Origin: Candidatus Cloacimonadales bacterium
GTDB lineage: Bacteria > Cloacimonadota > Cloacimonadia > Cloacimonadales > JAFGVF01
DNA: 64,000 nucleotides
Direction: 5' to 3'
Assembly (NCBI GenBank): GCA_963667035.1
Contig: OY762964.1
Span: 2,368,001 to 2,432,000 of the forward strand
This document shows, piece after piece, positions 18,539-27,861 of the stretch (within the stretch, counting starts at the first letter, position 1; every line of letters begins with the position of its first letter). The notes beneath the pieces were generated by a model, which saw only the letters and a list, made by a program, of their open reading frames with translations, had not been told where the DNA came from and made no database searches. Position numbers and translations under genes: made by a program.

Positions 18539-20862
18539 TGAGTAGGGATTCAATGGAAAAGTATAATATCAAAAATGATGAGCTTGATTCAAGAAATGAA
18601 GAAGGCTTTGAACATGAATTCAATTTGTTCGATTATTTGAGGATTGCTCTTCAATACAGATTTTTAATTATTGGTGTATTCATTCTAGTTGTTGTTGCCA
18701 ACATCTTGTATACAAACAGACAAGCAAAAGTATACCAAGCAAATGGGACAATATTACTTGAAGAAAGATCTAGCGATGATTTCTTTATTATGACTCCAAC
18801 AAGCACATCCAGAAAGTCCATCAATAATAACATCGTTATTTTGAAAAGTAAACCAGTAGCGGCCTTAGCATATCAAATTTTATTAAAGCATCCACAGTCT
18901 GATAAACTACCTATAACTAAACTATCTCACCCTATAAGTGCAATTCAAACAATATCAGCTTCGGCAATTAAGGATTCTGATGTCCTTTCTTTAAGCTATA
19001 ACTCTATTTCACCCTTAGAAGCTATGGTAGTAGTAAACTCTGTAGCGGAAGCTCTTTACAAGCAAAACACTCAATATGCAAGAAGAGAGTTAACAAATAT
19101 CAGACAGTTCCTTGAGAATCAGTTAGACACAATTACAAGACGACTCCAGACTTCAGAAGAAGAGCTAAGAGCATATAAAATTGAGTATGGTCTTGTAAGC
19201 TTAGCTGAAGAAACTGAGCAGATGATTGAAAAAACTTCGGATATTAAAGTAAGATTAGAAAATGCTGAAACAGATTTACAAGTAAAAATAAAAGAATTAG
19301 AATATCAGAAATCACAGTTAACGGAACAAGATTCTTTACTAATCAATGTCAATTATGTCCTAACTGCTCCGTATATTTCTGAGTTACAGAAAAGTGTACT
19401 TGAAACTCAAGCACTGATTACTAATTTAGTTACCAAAAATGATTACAAACCTAGCCACCCTCAAATTATCCAACTAAACTCTGAGTTACAAAAAGCAAAG
19501 GAATCTTTGAAAAAAGAGATTTCCAATCTTGTTGGTGTTAGAGAAGGTATGACAGACCCTCTTGGCTATAGAGCTGAGCTAGTAGAGAGAATTGCTACAA
19601 ATCAAGTATTAAAGCAATTAGCTCAAGCAGAAGTTGACGGTTTAAGAACAATAGTTGAAAAATATGACCAAAGATTAACAACAATTCCTGATAAAGAACT
19701 TGAATTAGCTCGCCTTACTCGTAACAAAGTCTTGGATGAAAAGATTTACAGTATGATGGTCGAAAAGTATGAAGATGCAAAAGTTGCTGAGCAGGCTAAA
19801 ATAGGTAATATCAGGATTATTCAGGAAGCAGAACTGCCTACAGTTCCTATTAAACCGAACAAGAAAAGAAGCTTCTTAATTGGTATAGTTATGGGATTGG
19901 GTGCTGGATTTGGTCTGGCATTTCTAATTCATGCTATGGACACTAAGTTAAAAACTGTTGAAGACATTTACAATCATGTCAGATTACCTATTTTTGGAAC
20001 AATACCAATGATTCATGAGTCTGAAACTCAACTCACAGAAATGACAAAAATGATTGAAAATGCTCAAGGAGAAAACAAAAAGCAACTACAAAAAAATCTT
20101 GCATATGTTAGTGGGAATCTGATAGCCCATTATTCACCCAAGTCTCCTGTTGCAGAATCTTACAGAACTCTAAGAACCAACATTATTTCTAAGAAGAAGA
20201 GCAGTGGTTCACTTGCTCTTCTTGTTACAAGTTCAGGTCCCAAAGAGGGGAAATCCACGACAGCTTCAAATCTAGCTATCACTTTTGCAAGTATGAACAC
20301 TAAGGTATGTTTACTTGACCTTGATTTAAGACGACCAACAGTTCATACAAAATTTGATTTGAAGAAAGAAGTTGGCGTTAGCGATATGCTTATTGAAGAT
20401 GATTATGATTTAAGCAAATATGTGAAGAAAACAGATGTTAATAATCTTGATGTATTCACTAGTGGTTTCATTCCACCTAACCCTGCGGAGTTGATATCTT
20501 CTAATAACATGGATAAACTGCTTGCTGTTTTAAGAGAAAACTATGATTATATTGTTTTCGATACTCCACCTGTTGTGGCAGTTACGGATGCAATGATTCT
20601 AGCTAAGAAAGTTGATATGAAGATAATTGTGATTAGAATCGGTAAAACAGAAAAGCAGGTTTTCCAAAGAACTAAAGAATTATTTAGAAATGTAGACGAA
20701 GCTATAAATGGCGTCGTTGTTAATGGTATTTACACACAAAAATACTATTCAAAATATAAACAGAATTATTATTACTATTATTATTATTATTACTACTATG
20801 GTGAACAGGCCCCTAATAAACATAAAAAGAAAGGTCTCAATAAATTCTTACGCAAAAATTAA
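18538..20862 (+). CDS. wzc: Polysaccharide co-polymerase / BY-kinase (Wzc/GumC family)
   Basis: Two TM helices flanking a coiled coil; ESYRTLRTN; Walker A GPKEGKST, A' DLDLRRP, B FDTPP; C-terminal Tyr cluster. Confidence 0.92.
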   Translation: MSRDSMEKYNIKNDELDSRNEEGFEHEFNLFDYLRIALQYRFLIIGVFILVVVANILYTNRQAKVYQANGTILLEERSSDDFFIMTPTSTSRKSINNNIVILKSKPVAALAYQILLKHPQSDKLPITKLSHPISAIQTISASAIKDSDVLSLSYNSISPLEAMVVVNSVAEALYKQNTQYARRELTNIRQFLENQLDTITRRLQTSEEELRAYKIEYGLVSLAEETEQMIEKTSDIKVRLENAETDLQVKIKELEYQKSQLTEQDSLLINVNYVLTAPYISELQKSVLETQALITNLVTKNDYKPSHPQIIQLNSELQKAKESLKKEISNLVGVREGMTDPLGYRAELVERIATNQVLKQLAQAEVDGLRTIVEKYDQRLTTIPDKELELARLTRNKVLDEKIYSMMVEKYEDAKVAEQAKIGNIRIIQEAELPTVPIKPNKKRSFLIGIVMGLGAGFGLAFLIHAMDTKLKTVEDIYNHVRLPIFGTIPMIHESETQLTEMTKMIENAQGENKKQLQKNLAYVSGNLIAHYSPKSPVAESYRTLRTNIISKKKSSGSLALLVTSSGPKEGKSTTASNLAITFASMNTKVCLLDLDLRRPTVHTKFDLKKEVGVSDMLIEDDYDLSKYVKKTDVNNLDVFTSGFIPPNPAELISSNNMDKLLAVLRENYDYIVFDTPPVVAVTDAMILAKKVDMKIIVIRIGKTEKQVFQRTKELFRNVDEAINGVVVNGIYTQKYYSKYKQNYYYYYYYYYYYGEQAPNKHKKKGLNKFLRKN
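20767..20799 (+). repeat. (TAY)11 trinucleotide tract encoding 11 consecutive Tyr
   Basis: TAT TAT TAC TAT TAT TAT TAT TAT TAC TAC TAT read directly. Confidence 0.95.
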
Positions 20863-21658
20863 TCTTATACTGAAAGTTGTCGGGAAATTTCCCGACAACT
20901 TTCATATTATTGAGACAATTTTCTCTCGAATTGACCTTGCTGACAAGCTAACTTTTCAATTGACAGAAAAGGGTAACGTAAATGTTTTGACAAACATAGG
21001 TTATCTTAATGGAAAACGTAACATCGTATACACAATTGCGTCTTATTTGAAGAATAGATTTCATATTGCTAGCGGTGTTGATATATATATTGAGAAATGC
21101 ATACCAATTGCTGCTGGATTAGCTGGTGGAAGTAGTAATGCAGCAGTAGCCCTTAAAGTTCTGAATGAGATGTGGAAAATAAATCTATCCAATAATGAAC
21201 TTCATAAAGTTGCTTCAAAATTCGGTAGTGACCTGAACTTTTTCATTGATGATTTTGACACAGCAATTGGAACTGGTAGAGGAGAAACTATTAGAAAAAT
21301 TGATAGTTTTAAATGTTCAAACATACTCCTTGTTAATCCTGGTATTGAGATATCAGCAAAAGAAGGATATGAGTTACGGAAAGGAGAATACTCTCAATCC
21401 GGACTAGATTTTGATTTACATGATTACAGGTATTTCAAAAATGATTTAGAAGATGGTATTGCTAATAGATATCATAAAATAAAAGATGTTATTTCAGATT
21501 TAAGCAATCTGGGTGCTGTTAAAGCAATGATGAGTGGAAGTGGAGCTACTTGCTTTGGAATCTTCAATGATTCTGATCACATGCACATAGCTTCAGAATG
21601 GTTTATCGATAATTATGGTTATTGGACCTACAAAGCAAAAACATTAAATGGTGCGTAA
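20798..21658 (+). CDS. ispE: 4-diphosphocytidyl-2-C-methyl-D-erythritol kinase
   Basis: AKINLIL, IPIAAGLAGGSSNAA, GSD, GRGE, MSGSG. Likely start ATG 20798; the ORF-track start at 20708 runs through the Tyr tract. Confidence 0.92.
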   Translation: MVNRPLINIKRKVSINSYAKINLILKVVGKFPDNFHIIETIFSRIDLADKLTFQLTEKGNVNVLTNIGYLNGKRNIVYTIASYLKNRFHIASGVDIYIEKCIPIAAGLAGGSSNAAVALKVLNEMWKINLSNNELHKVASKFGSDLNFFIDDFDTAIGTGRGETIRKIDSFKCSNILLVNPGIEISAKEGYELRKGEYSQSGLDFDLHDYRYFKNDLEDGIANRYHKIKDVISDLSNLGAVKAMMSGSGATCFGIFNDSDHMHIASEWFIDNYGYWTYKAKTLNGA

Positions 21659-22605
21659 TGTATTCGAGAATGAAATTGATTGCCGGCAATGCTAATATGA
21701 AGCTTGCAAAAGAAGTATCCGAGTTTTCAGGTGTACCCTTAACTAAAGTAGATTTGTTTAAATTCTCTAATGATGAATCCTTTGTTAAAATTCGAGATAA
21801 TGTAAGAGGTGCTGATGTTTTTATTATTCAGCCTACATGTTCTCCTGTAAATGACAATTTAATGGAATTGCTTATAATTATAGATGCACTTAGAAGAGCT
21901 TCTGCAAATAGAATTACTTGTGTTATGCCTTATTTTGCTTATGCACGATCAGATAAGAAAGATCAACCGAGAGTCCCCATTACTGCTAAATTGGTAGCTG
22001 ATTTGATTACTGTAGCAGGAGCAAGCAGAATTGCAACGATGGATCTTCATGCAGATCAGATTCAAGGATTTTTCAACATTCCGGTGGACCATCTTATGTC
22101 TGCACCTTTATTTGCTCGCTATTTTAAACATCAATTCAACTCTGATGAGTTAGTTGTAGTATCTCCGGATTCAGGTGGTGCCAATAGAGCTCGCTCATTT
22201 GCTGAGAGACTAGAATGCAATTTGGCAATTGGAGACAAAAGAAGAACCGGAAATGATGACAATGCTCAACTTCAAAATATAATTGGTGATGTTGAAGGTA
22301 AAATAGCAATCTTATTTGATGATATAATTGATACCGGAGGAAGCATGTGCAAAGTAGCCGCTGCAGTTAAAGCAAAAGGAGCTAAGAAAGTATTTGCAGC
22401 ATGTGCTCACGGCGTATTATCTGGTAAGGCAATAGAAAATCTGGAAAACTCTCCAATTGATAAACTATATATAACAAATTCTATCCCCTTAACTCCTGAA
22501 AAGGAAAAGTGTAATAAAATAGTCCAATTGTCTATTGCCGAGATGCTTGCAATGGCAATCAAGAAAATCCATATTGAGGAATCCCTCAGTATATTATTTA
22601 GATAA
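21658..22605 (+). CDS. prs: Ribose-phosphate pyrophosphokinase
   Basis: FSNDES, PYFAYARSDKK, DLHADQIQGFF, VSPDSGG, DDIIDTGGS; ATG overlaps the ispE stop. Confidence 0.96.
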   Translation: MYSRMKLIAGNANMKLAKEVSEFSGVPLTKVDLFKFSNDESFVKIRDNVRGADVFIIQPTCSPVNDNLMELLIIIDALRRASANRITCVMPYFAYARSDKKDQPRVPITAKLVADLITVAGASRIATMDLHADQIQGFFNIPVDHLMSAPLFARYFKHQFNSDELVVVSPDSGGANRARSFAERLECNLAIGDKRRTGNDDNAQLQNIIGDVEGKIAILFDDIIDTGGSMCKVAAAVKAKGAKKVFAACAHGVLSGKAIENLENSPIDKLYITNSIPLTPEKEKCNKIVQLSIAEMLAMAIKKIHIEESLSILFR

Positions 22606-22623
22606 CAAAATGGAGGAAATCAT

Positions 22624-23226
22624 ATGATTCTCAAAATCAATGCCGAACTGCGTACTATTTCCAACAAGAAATCTGTTGCGAAAGAAATACGAAAAAGCGG
22701 GTACATTCCTGCTGTTATTTACGGTGGTGGAGAAGAAGCAAAGCATGTAACTCTTGAAAAATTAAGCTTTATGAAAAGCTATAAAAAAAGTATTGGAGAT
22801 ACTGCTCTATTCTACATTACTGTTGATGGTAAGGAAATCCACACTATCATTAAGTCCCGTCAGATGCATCCTGTTACAAGAGAGATTATTCATGTAGACT
22901 TCTTGGAGTTGCACCCCGGCAAAGCTATATCTATCGAAGTTCCAATTAGCTTTGAAGGTGAAGCAACAGGTGAAGCTGTTGGTGGAAAACTTGATGTACT
23001 CATGAGAAAAATAACAGCTCATTGTTTACCTAAAGACATTCCTGAAGCTATTACTGTTGATGTAACACCTCTAAATATCGGCGATTCAATCCACGTTGCA
23101 GATATTAAGATTGATAATGTTAGATTCGAATTAGCTGATGATGTTGCTTTAGTTGTAGTACATGCTCCAAAGAATGCAGAAACTGAAGATAGTTCTGAAG
23201 AAGAAGAGACAGAAGCTACCGAATAG
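22624..23226 (+). CDS. rplY: 50S ribosomal protein L25/Ctc
   Basis: IPAVIYG, QMHPV...HVDF, long TL5-type C-domain; prs-rplY-pth synteny. Confidence 0.95.
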   Translation: MILKINAELRTISNKKSVAKEIRKSGYIPAVIYGGGEEAKHVTLEKLSFMKSYKKSIGDTALFYITVDGKEIHTIIKSRQMHPVTREIIHVDFLELHPGKAISIEVPISFEGEATGEAVGGKLDVLMRKITAHCLPKDIPEAITVDVTPLNIGDSIHVADIKIDNVRFELADDVALVVVHAPKNAETEDSSEEEETEATE

Positions 23227-23256
23227 CTTCAACCAAGTAGTGGGATAGAGTGATAA

Positions 23257-23856
23257 ATGAAGCTGATTATTTGTCTTGGTAATATTGGTTTGAAATACAA
23301 GAAAACAAGACACAATGCCGGTTTCATAATAGCCGATAAGTTTGCTGAAAAACATTCCTTGAAGTTTAAAAGGAAGCCTAAATATGAGTTTATTGAGTTC
23401 CAGAATTGCCTGATTGTGAAACCTAAAACTTATATGAATCTGAGTGGTGATGCATTAACCTCAATTAAAACTTCTTACAATATAGAAGAGTTTATGGTTA
23501 TTGTAGATGACATCAATTTACCATTAGGAGATATTAGGATTCGTCAGAAAGGTTCTGCCGGTGGACATAACGGTTTGAAATCAATTCAGGCGTCTTATGG
23601 TTCAATGGATTATCCTAGAATCAGAGTTGGAATTAATAGTCCAACTTCAGAATTAAAGAAATATGTTCTGGATAAGTTCTCAAAATCTGAACTGGAGCAT
23701 ATTCTAAAGGTTAGCTCGATAGTAACTGAACTACTGGAAATATATATTAGAGAAGACTATCAAGCTATGGTAGATTATTATAGTAGAAACAAACTAGCCT
23801 ATTCCGATACCCAAACGTCGGGATCAATAAGTCCAAAGGAGGATTTTAATGAATAA
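23257..23856 (+). CDS. pth: Peptidyl-tRNA hydrolase
   Basis: LGN.G..Y..TRHNAGF, KPKTYMNLSG, GSAGGHNGLKS. Confidence 0.95.
   Translation: MKLIICLGNIGLKYKKTRHNAGFIIADKFAEKHSLKFKRKPKYEFIEFQNCLIVKPKTYMNLSGDALTSIKTSYNIEEFMVIVDDINLPLGDIRIRQKGSAGGHNGLKSIQASYGSMDYPRIRVGINSPTSELKKYVLDKFSKSELEHILKVSSIVTELLEIYIREDYQAMVDYYSRNKLAYSDTQTSGSISPKEDFNE
23798..23842 (+). promoter_or_regulatory. Putative S6:S18 ribosomal-protein leader RNA
   Basis: CCU...hairpin UUCCGAU/GUCGGGA...CCA-AAGGAGG immediately before rpsF; resembles the S6:S18 autoregulatory element (unpaired CCR beside the SD). Confidence 0.55.
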
Positions 23857-24139
23857 GTATGAAAGCATGCTTATAGTTGATGGTGCACTCTCAAAGGATG
23901 ATGCACAAGCAGTTAATCAAACGATTACTGAATTCATCACTTCTAATGGTGGTGAAATCCTTGAAACTCTTGATTGGGGTAAAAGACAACTTGCCTATGA
24001 AATCGAGAAAAAGAATCAGGGATATTATTATATCAATACATTCTTATTAGCCACTGATAAGATTCCTGAATTAGAACGTAATTACAAACTCAAAGAACAG
24101 ATTATCAGATTCAACATCATAGTACTTGAAAATAACTAA
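23849..24139 (+). CDS. rpsF: 30S ribosomal protein S6
   Basis: YESMLIV, WGKRQLAYEIEK..GYY. Confidence 0.96.
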   Translation: MNKYESMLIVDGALSKDDAQAVNQTITEFITSNGGEILETLDWGKRQLAYEIEKKNQGYYYINTFLLATDKIPELERNYKLKEQIIRFNIIVLENN

Positions 24140-24148
24140 GGAGGAGTC

Positions 24149-24586
24149 ATGGCAATGGATCTTAAATTCCCTCGCATAAACAAAGTGATGATTTCAGGTC
24201 ATCTTACACGTGACGTGGAACTAAGATATACTCCTAGTGGTACACCGGTCGCTCGTATCTCAATAGCTTTTAATCGCGTATGGCGTGATGCTGCTTCCGG
24301 AGAATGGAGAGAACAGGCTCATTTCATAGATGTTGTTGCTTGGTCAAAGCTCGCTGAAAGATGCGATGGACTAGGTAAAGGTTACCCTATTATAGTTGAG
24401 GGTAGAATCGAAACAAGAACTTATACAGATAAGAATAACCAAAGTCGTAAGAATGTTGAGATTGTTGCTGATAGTATTCAATTTTTGAAAGCAAATCAAC
24501 GACCTGAGAATAGTAATTCTACACCTCAGGAACCGGAATACAACAATAGCAACTCTCAGATTACTGATGATGATGTTCCATTTTAA
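24149..24586 (+). CDS. ssb: Single-stranded DNA-binding protein
   Basis: NKV.ISGHLTRDVELRYTPSG, VEGRI.TR, C-terminal DDDVPF. Confidence 0.96.
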   Translation: MAMDLKFPRINKVMISGHLTRDVELRYTPSGTPVARISIAFNRVWRDAASGEWREQAHFIDVVAWSKLAERCDGLGKGYPIIVEGRIETRTYTDKNNQSRKNVEIVADSIQFLKANQRPENSNSTPQEPEYNNSNSQITDDDVPF

Positions 24587-24604
24587 TAAATACAGGAGTT
24601 AATA

Positions 24605-24841
24605 ATGGCTTATATAAAAAGAAGAAAACGTTTTACACGCAAAAAAGTATGTCAATTCTGCAAGGACCCGGAACTTAAATTAGATTATAAGAATTTCGAA
24701 ATGTTACGCAGATACGTGAATGAAGTTGGTAAAATCGAACCGGCACGTTTAACAGGTACTTGTGCAAAGCATCAGCGCAAATTAGCCAGTGAAATCAAGC
24801 GTGCACGTCAGATGGCTTTAATCCCTTACATTATTGACTAA
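24605..24841 (+). CDS. rpsR: 30S ribosomal protein S18 (Zn-ribbon type)
   Basis: CQFC...DYKN...GKI.PARLTGTCAKHQR...IKRAR.MALIPY. Confidence 0.96.
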   Translation: MAYIKRRKRFTRKKVCQFCKDPELKLDYKNFEMLRRYVNEVGKIEPARLTGTCAKHQRKLASEIKRARQMALIPYIID

Positions 24842-24846
24842 TTAAG

Positions 24847-25728
24847 GTGATTCTGTCAGCCGTGTTGGCTGCAATTCTTGCAGCTGTTTCACCCTTTTTG
24901 GGCTTGATCTTTCTCATAGGTATTGGCGGTAGATATGCAATTAAAAGCTATCGCCAAATATATGTGTATTTAGCATTGTTCAGCTTTGCTACAGCAGGAA
25001 TAAGCTTTCTGCTCGCAAACGGGAATAGAATGGCTATTGCTTCTGTTTCTGATTCTGTTTTAGGAATTGGGATAGGAGCTCTAATCCTTTTTGTTTCATT
25101 ATTGAAATTCAAGAGATTTGAGTATGCTATTCTTCTCTTTGGAGTTTATTCGCTATTATATTCGGTATTCAGACAAGTATTTCTTATGGATGTACTGATT
25201 ACATCCATGAATGATTCAGCTTTAATCATTAAGGATTACATTATGAATAGTGGTATTAGTGAATCCGATTTTGATATGATGTTACAAGCAATGATTACAT
25301 CATATAAGACTTTTAACCCGTCAATCTGGACTTGTTCAGCAATTATTGCTACATATTTAGGATCCGTTGCTCTATCAAAGTCAAGGGTAATATATTGGAA
25401 TCATAAGCTTATAAAAATGCCTTATGCAACCATCTACTTACTTTTACTGGCATTAGTAGCATTTTTAGTAATACCGGATAAAATATACGCAATGAATCTA
25501 CTCTTGGTGCTAACTCCGATTTACTTGATTCAAGGAATAGCAATTCTTGATTTTTATTGGGGTAAGTTTCTTGCTAAGACAGCAATTTTAAGGTTCATTT
25601 TAATAATCGCTCTTCTGCTGAATCCATATATGTTAATTGTTATAACATTTACCGGACTCTTTGATGTCTGGTTCAATTTCAGAAAAATATATACTAAGGA
25701 GGACTTAGATGAAAATCATCTTAGTTAA
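24847..25728 (+). CDS. DUF2232/YybS-like membrane protein
   Basis: Polytopic; Y.IQGIAI and GLFDVWFNFRK C-terminal signature; sits between rpsR and rplI. Confidence 0.75.
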   Translation: MILSAVLAAILAAVSPFLGLIFLIGIGGRYAIKSYRQIYVYLALFSFATAGISFLLANGNRMAIASVSDSVLGIGIGALILFVSLLKFKRFEYAILLFGVYSLLYSVFRQVFLMDVLITSMNDSALIIKDYIMNSGISESDFDMMLQAMITSYKTFNPSIWTCSAIIATYLGSVALSKSRVIYWNHKLIKMPYATIYLLLLALVAFLVIPDKIYAMNLLLVLTPIYLIQGIAILDFYWGKFLAKTAILRFILIIALLLNPYMLIVITFTGLFDVWFNFRKIYTKEDLDENHLS

Positions 25729-26158
25729 AGATATACACAGACTTGGTAATGCCGGTGCGGTTGTAGAAGTTAAAAACGGATACGCCAGAAACTATTTATT
25801 ACCCCAAGGATTAGCTATTCTTGCTACTCCTGGAAACTTAAAGAAAATCGAAAAGATTGAGGCTGACGCTGCAAATCTTAGAGAAAAAGAAGTTCTTGCA
25901 ATGAAAGAAATTGCAAATAAACTTGATGGTATGGAGCTTACCTTTGATAGAAAAGTTGATGAAAATGGTCACCTTTACGGCTCAGTTTCTGAATTTGATA
26001 TCATTCAAGCCCTTAAAGAAAAAGATATTGACATCAATAAAAACAATCTGACTCTTGAGAAGCATATTAAAGAATTAGGTTCACAGGAGATTGTTGTGGA
26101 GATGAATAACGAAATCAAAGCTAATATTACTGTGACTGTTCAAGCCGAAGAGGAATAG
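25709..26158 (+). CDS. rplI: 50S ribosomal protein L9
   Basis: MKIILVKDI..LG..G.VVEVKNGYARNYLLPQGLA, LYGSV. Confidence 0.96.
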   Translation: MKIILVKDIHRLGNAGAVVEVKNGYARNYLLPQGLAILATPGNLKKIEKIEADAANLREKEVLAMKEIANKLDGMELTFDRKVDENGHLYGSVSEFDIIQALKEKDIDINKNNLTLEKHIKELGSQEIVVEMNNEIKANITVTVQAEEE

Positions 26159-26203
26159 CATAATTTCTTTAATCATTGGAAATTAATAAACCCGGAGGTT
26201 TTA

Positions 26204-27565
26204 ATGAATATAAAACAGATTATTATGTGGCTTGCCATAATTTTAGTCTTTGCTTTCTCATTTGGGAGTATGACTACCGGTTACAAAGATATTAATGTTT
26301 CCGGGAGCGATTCTTACAATGTTGCTTTTGATAGCTATACCGATTCTTATGATGGTATTGTCTACAAAGGTAGATTTTATAAGAATAATGCTTCAGACAA
26401 ACCCACAAATGCAGAAATGGACGGCTCACAAGTTGCTGTTAATAAACTTTTCTCAAAAGTTCTTATCAGTAAAGATGGAGTTAACGCCCTGCAGACTGAA
26501 GATATGTTCTGGCATAATAATGATTGGTTCATGCTGAATTACACTGCTTTAGTTAATGGCGGAAAGGTAACCAATCATAATGGTGAACTTTCAAAAGTCT
26601 TATCAGATCTTCAGGCATTAAATCCTGATCAGATGAAAGCTAAATTGGCAGGTAAAAGAACCGGGAAGTTTTTCGTTTGGCTTGTAATTTTTGCAGCTAT
26701 TTTCGCACTTGCTTTCTATTCTGTAAAGTCTCAGAAACATGAGCTTAAGAAAACTAATCCAACTGTATTCATGATTCAGAGATTTGCTGCAATAATCATT
26801 CTCTTTGTGATTCTTGCTGCTATTGGTGTTGTAACAGATAGCCCGGGCAAAGGTGTAGCAATGTATGCTGTTTTCTTTGCAATAGTGTTTGCTTTATTCT
26901 TCCTTTCCACTAAGCTTAGTGGCGGAAAGGACAAAGCTCCTAATAAAACAATGTTCATGGTCGGTAATGTTTTGATTAACGTTCTGCTTTTCATTGTTAT
27001 GGTTTGTCTGGTACTTGTAACTGATAATCCGAAGTCTATGTTCGGACTATACTTTATCTTCTTCCTCATTGTTTTCGGTGGCATATTTGCTTCTCTTATA
27101 ATGAAACACAAAAGAGGTAATGAAGATAGTAGTATTAGAGTCTGGTTAATAAGAGCTATTGGTGCTGTTGCGCTGTTTGCTGCTGTTTATATGCCTGCAT
27201 ACACTCTCCAAAAAGTCAACTTTAGTGAAAAGCTTGCCGAAATATCAGGTGGAGCCTTAACAGTTGTCACCTTACTTACTGCAATTGTTGTCGCTATTGG
27301 TGCTGTTGCTGTTGTTATGATTAACCTTTCTAAAGGTATCAGACATCAACTCGGCGGAGAAGAGAACTCAGAGCCAAAGACTCCCAACAAAGCACTCGGT
27401 TATGTTGGTTACCTTATCCTGATAGTTATCTCTTGTCTACCTGCTATTGCAATTAAACCTTACGACGCAACTTCCAATACTCTTGGAACTGTTTATTTCG
27501 TAGCGGTAACAATTGCAATTCTCAGTTGGTTGGGAATTTCTCTCATCACAACAAAGAAAAGATAG
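26204..27565 (+). CDS. Hypothetical polytopic membrane protein
   Basis: GGAGG RBS; N-terminal signal/anchor, soluble domain of ~130 aa, then about 9 hydrophobic helices; no family recognised. Confidence 0.8.
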   Translation: MNIKQIIMWLAIILVFAFSFGSMTTGYKDINVSGSDSYNVAFDSYTDSYDGIVYKGRFYKNNASDKPTNAEMDGSQVAVNKLFSKVLISKDGVNALQTEDMFWHNNDWFMLNYTALVNGGKVTNHNGELSKVLSDLQALNPDQMKAKLAGKRTGKFFVWLVIFAAIFALAFYSVKSQKHELKKTNPTVFMIQRFAAIIILFVILAAIGVVTDSPGKGVAMYAVFFAIVFALFFLSTKLSGGKDKAPNKTMFMVGNVLINVLLFIVMVCLVLVTDNPKSMFGLYFIFFLIVFGGIFASLIMKHKRGNEDSSIRVWLIRAIGAVALFAAVYMPAYTLQKVNFSEKLAEISGGALTVVTLLTAIVVAIGAVAVVMINLSKGIRHQLGGEENSEPKTPNKALGYVGYLILIVISCLPAIAIKPYDATSNTLGTVYFVAVTIAILSWLGISLITTKKR

Positions 27566-27570
27566 ATTCT

Positions 27571-27861
27571 ATGTCCTGGCATAACGCCGGTAGAAGTGTA
27601 AAAAGTCTACTGTTACGAATTGCCGGTGACAGATATAAAGATCTTGTATTATTCGCTCTGTCATGGGATCGAGTTGTTGGCTCAACCTTGGCAGAGCGTT
27701 CTTTTATTGAACGTTTCCATAACCACATCCTCTATGTTGGGGTTACCAACAGTATTTGGTTACAGGAATTATACTTGAATAAGCATATGATCCTTGATAG
27801 ACTTAATCGGGAGCATAATAACAAAATCAATGATATAGTATTTTTTATAAAGAGTGAGTAA
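27571..27861 (+). CDS. DUF721 / DciA-like protein
   Basis: W.RVVG..LA......F....LYVGVTNSIWLQELY..K..IL..LN pattern; likely ATG 27571. Confidence 0.75.
   Translation: MSWHNAGRSVKSLLLRIAGDRYKDLVLFALSWDRVVGSTLAERSFIERFHNHILYVGVTNSIWLQELYLNKHMILDRLNREHNNKINDIVFFIKSE

Noticed and set aside
20708..20797. Poly-Ile N-terminal extension of IspE
   Set aside because: It is the alternative frame of the wzc Tyr tract; ATG 20798 fits IspE length better.
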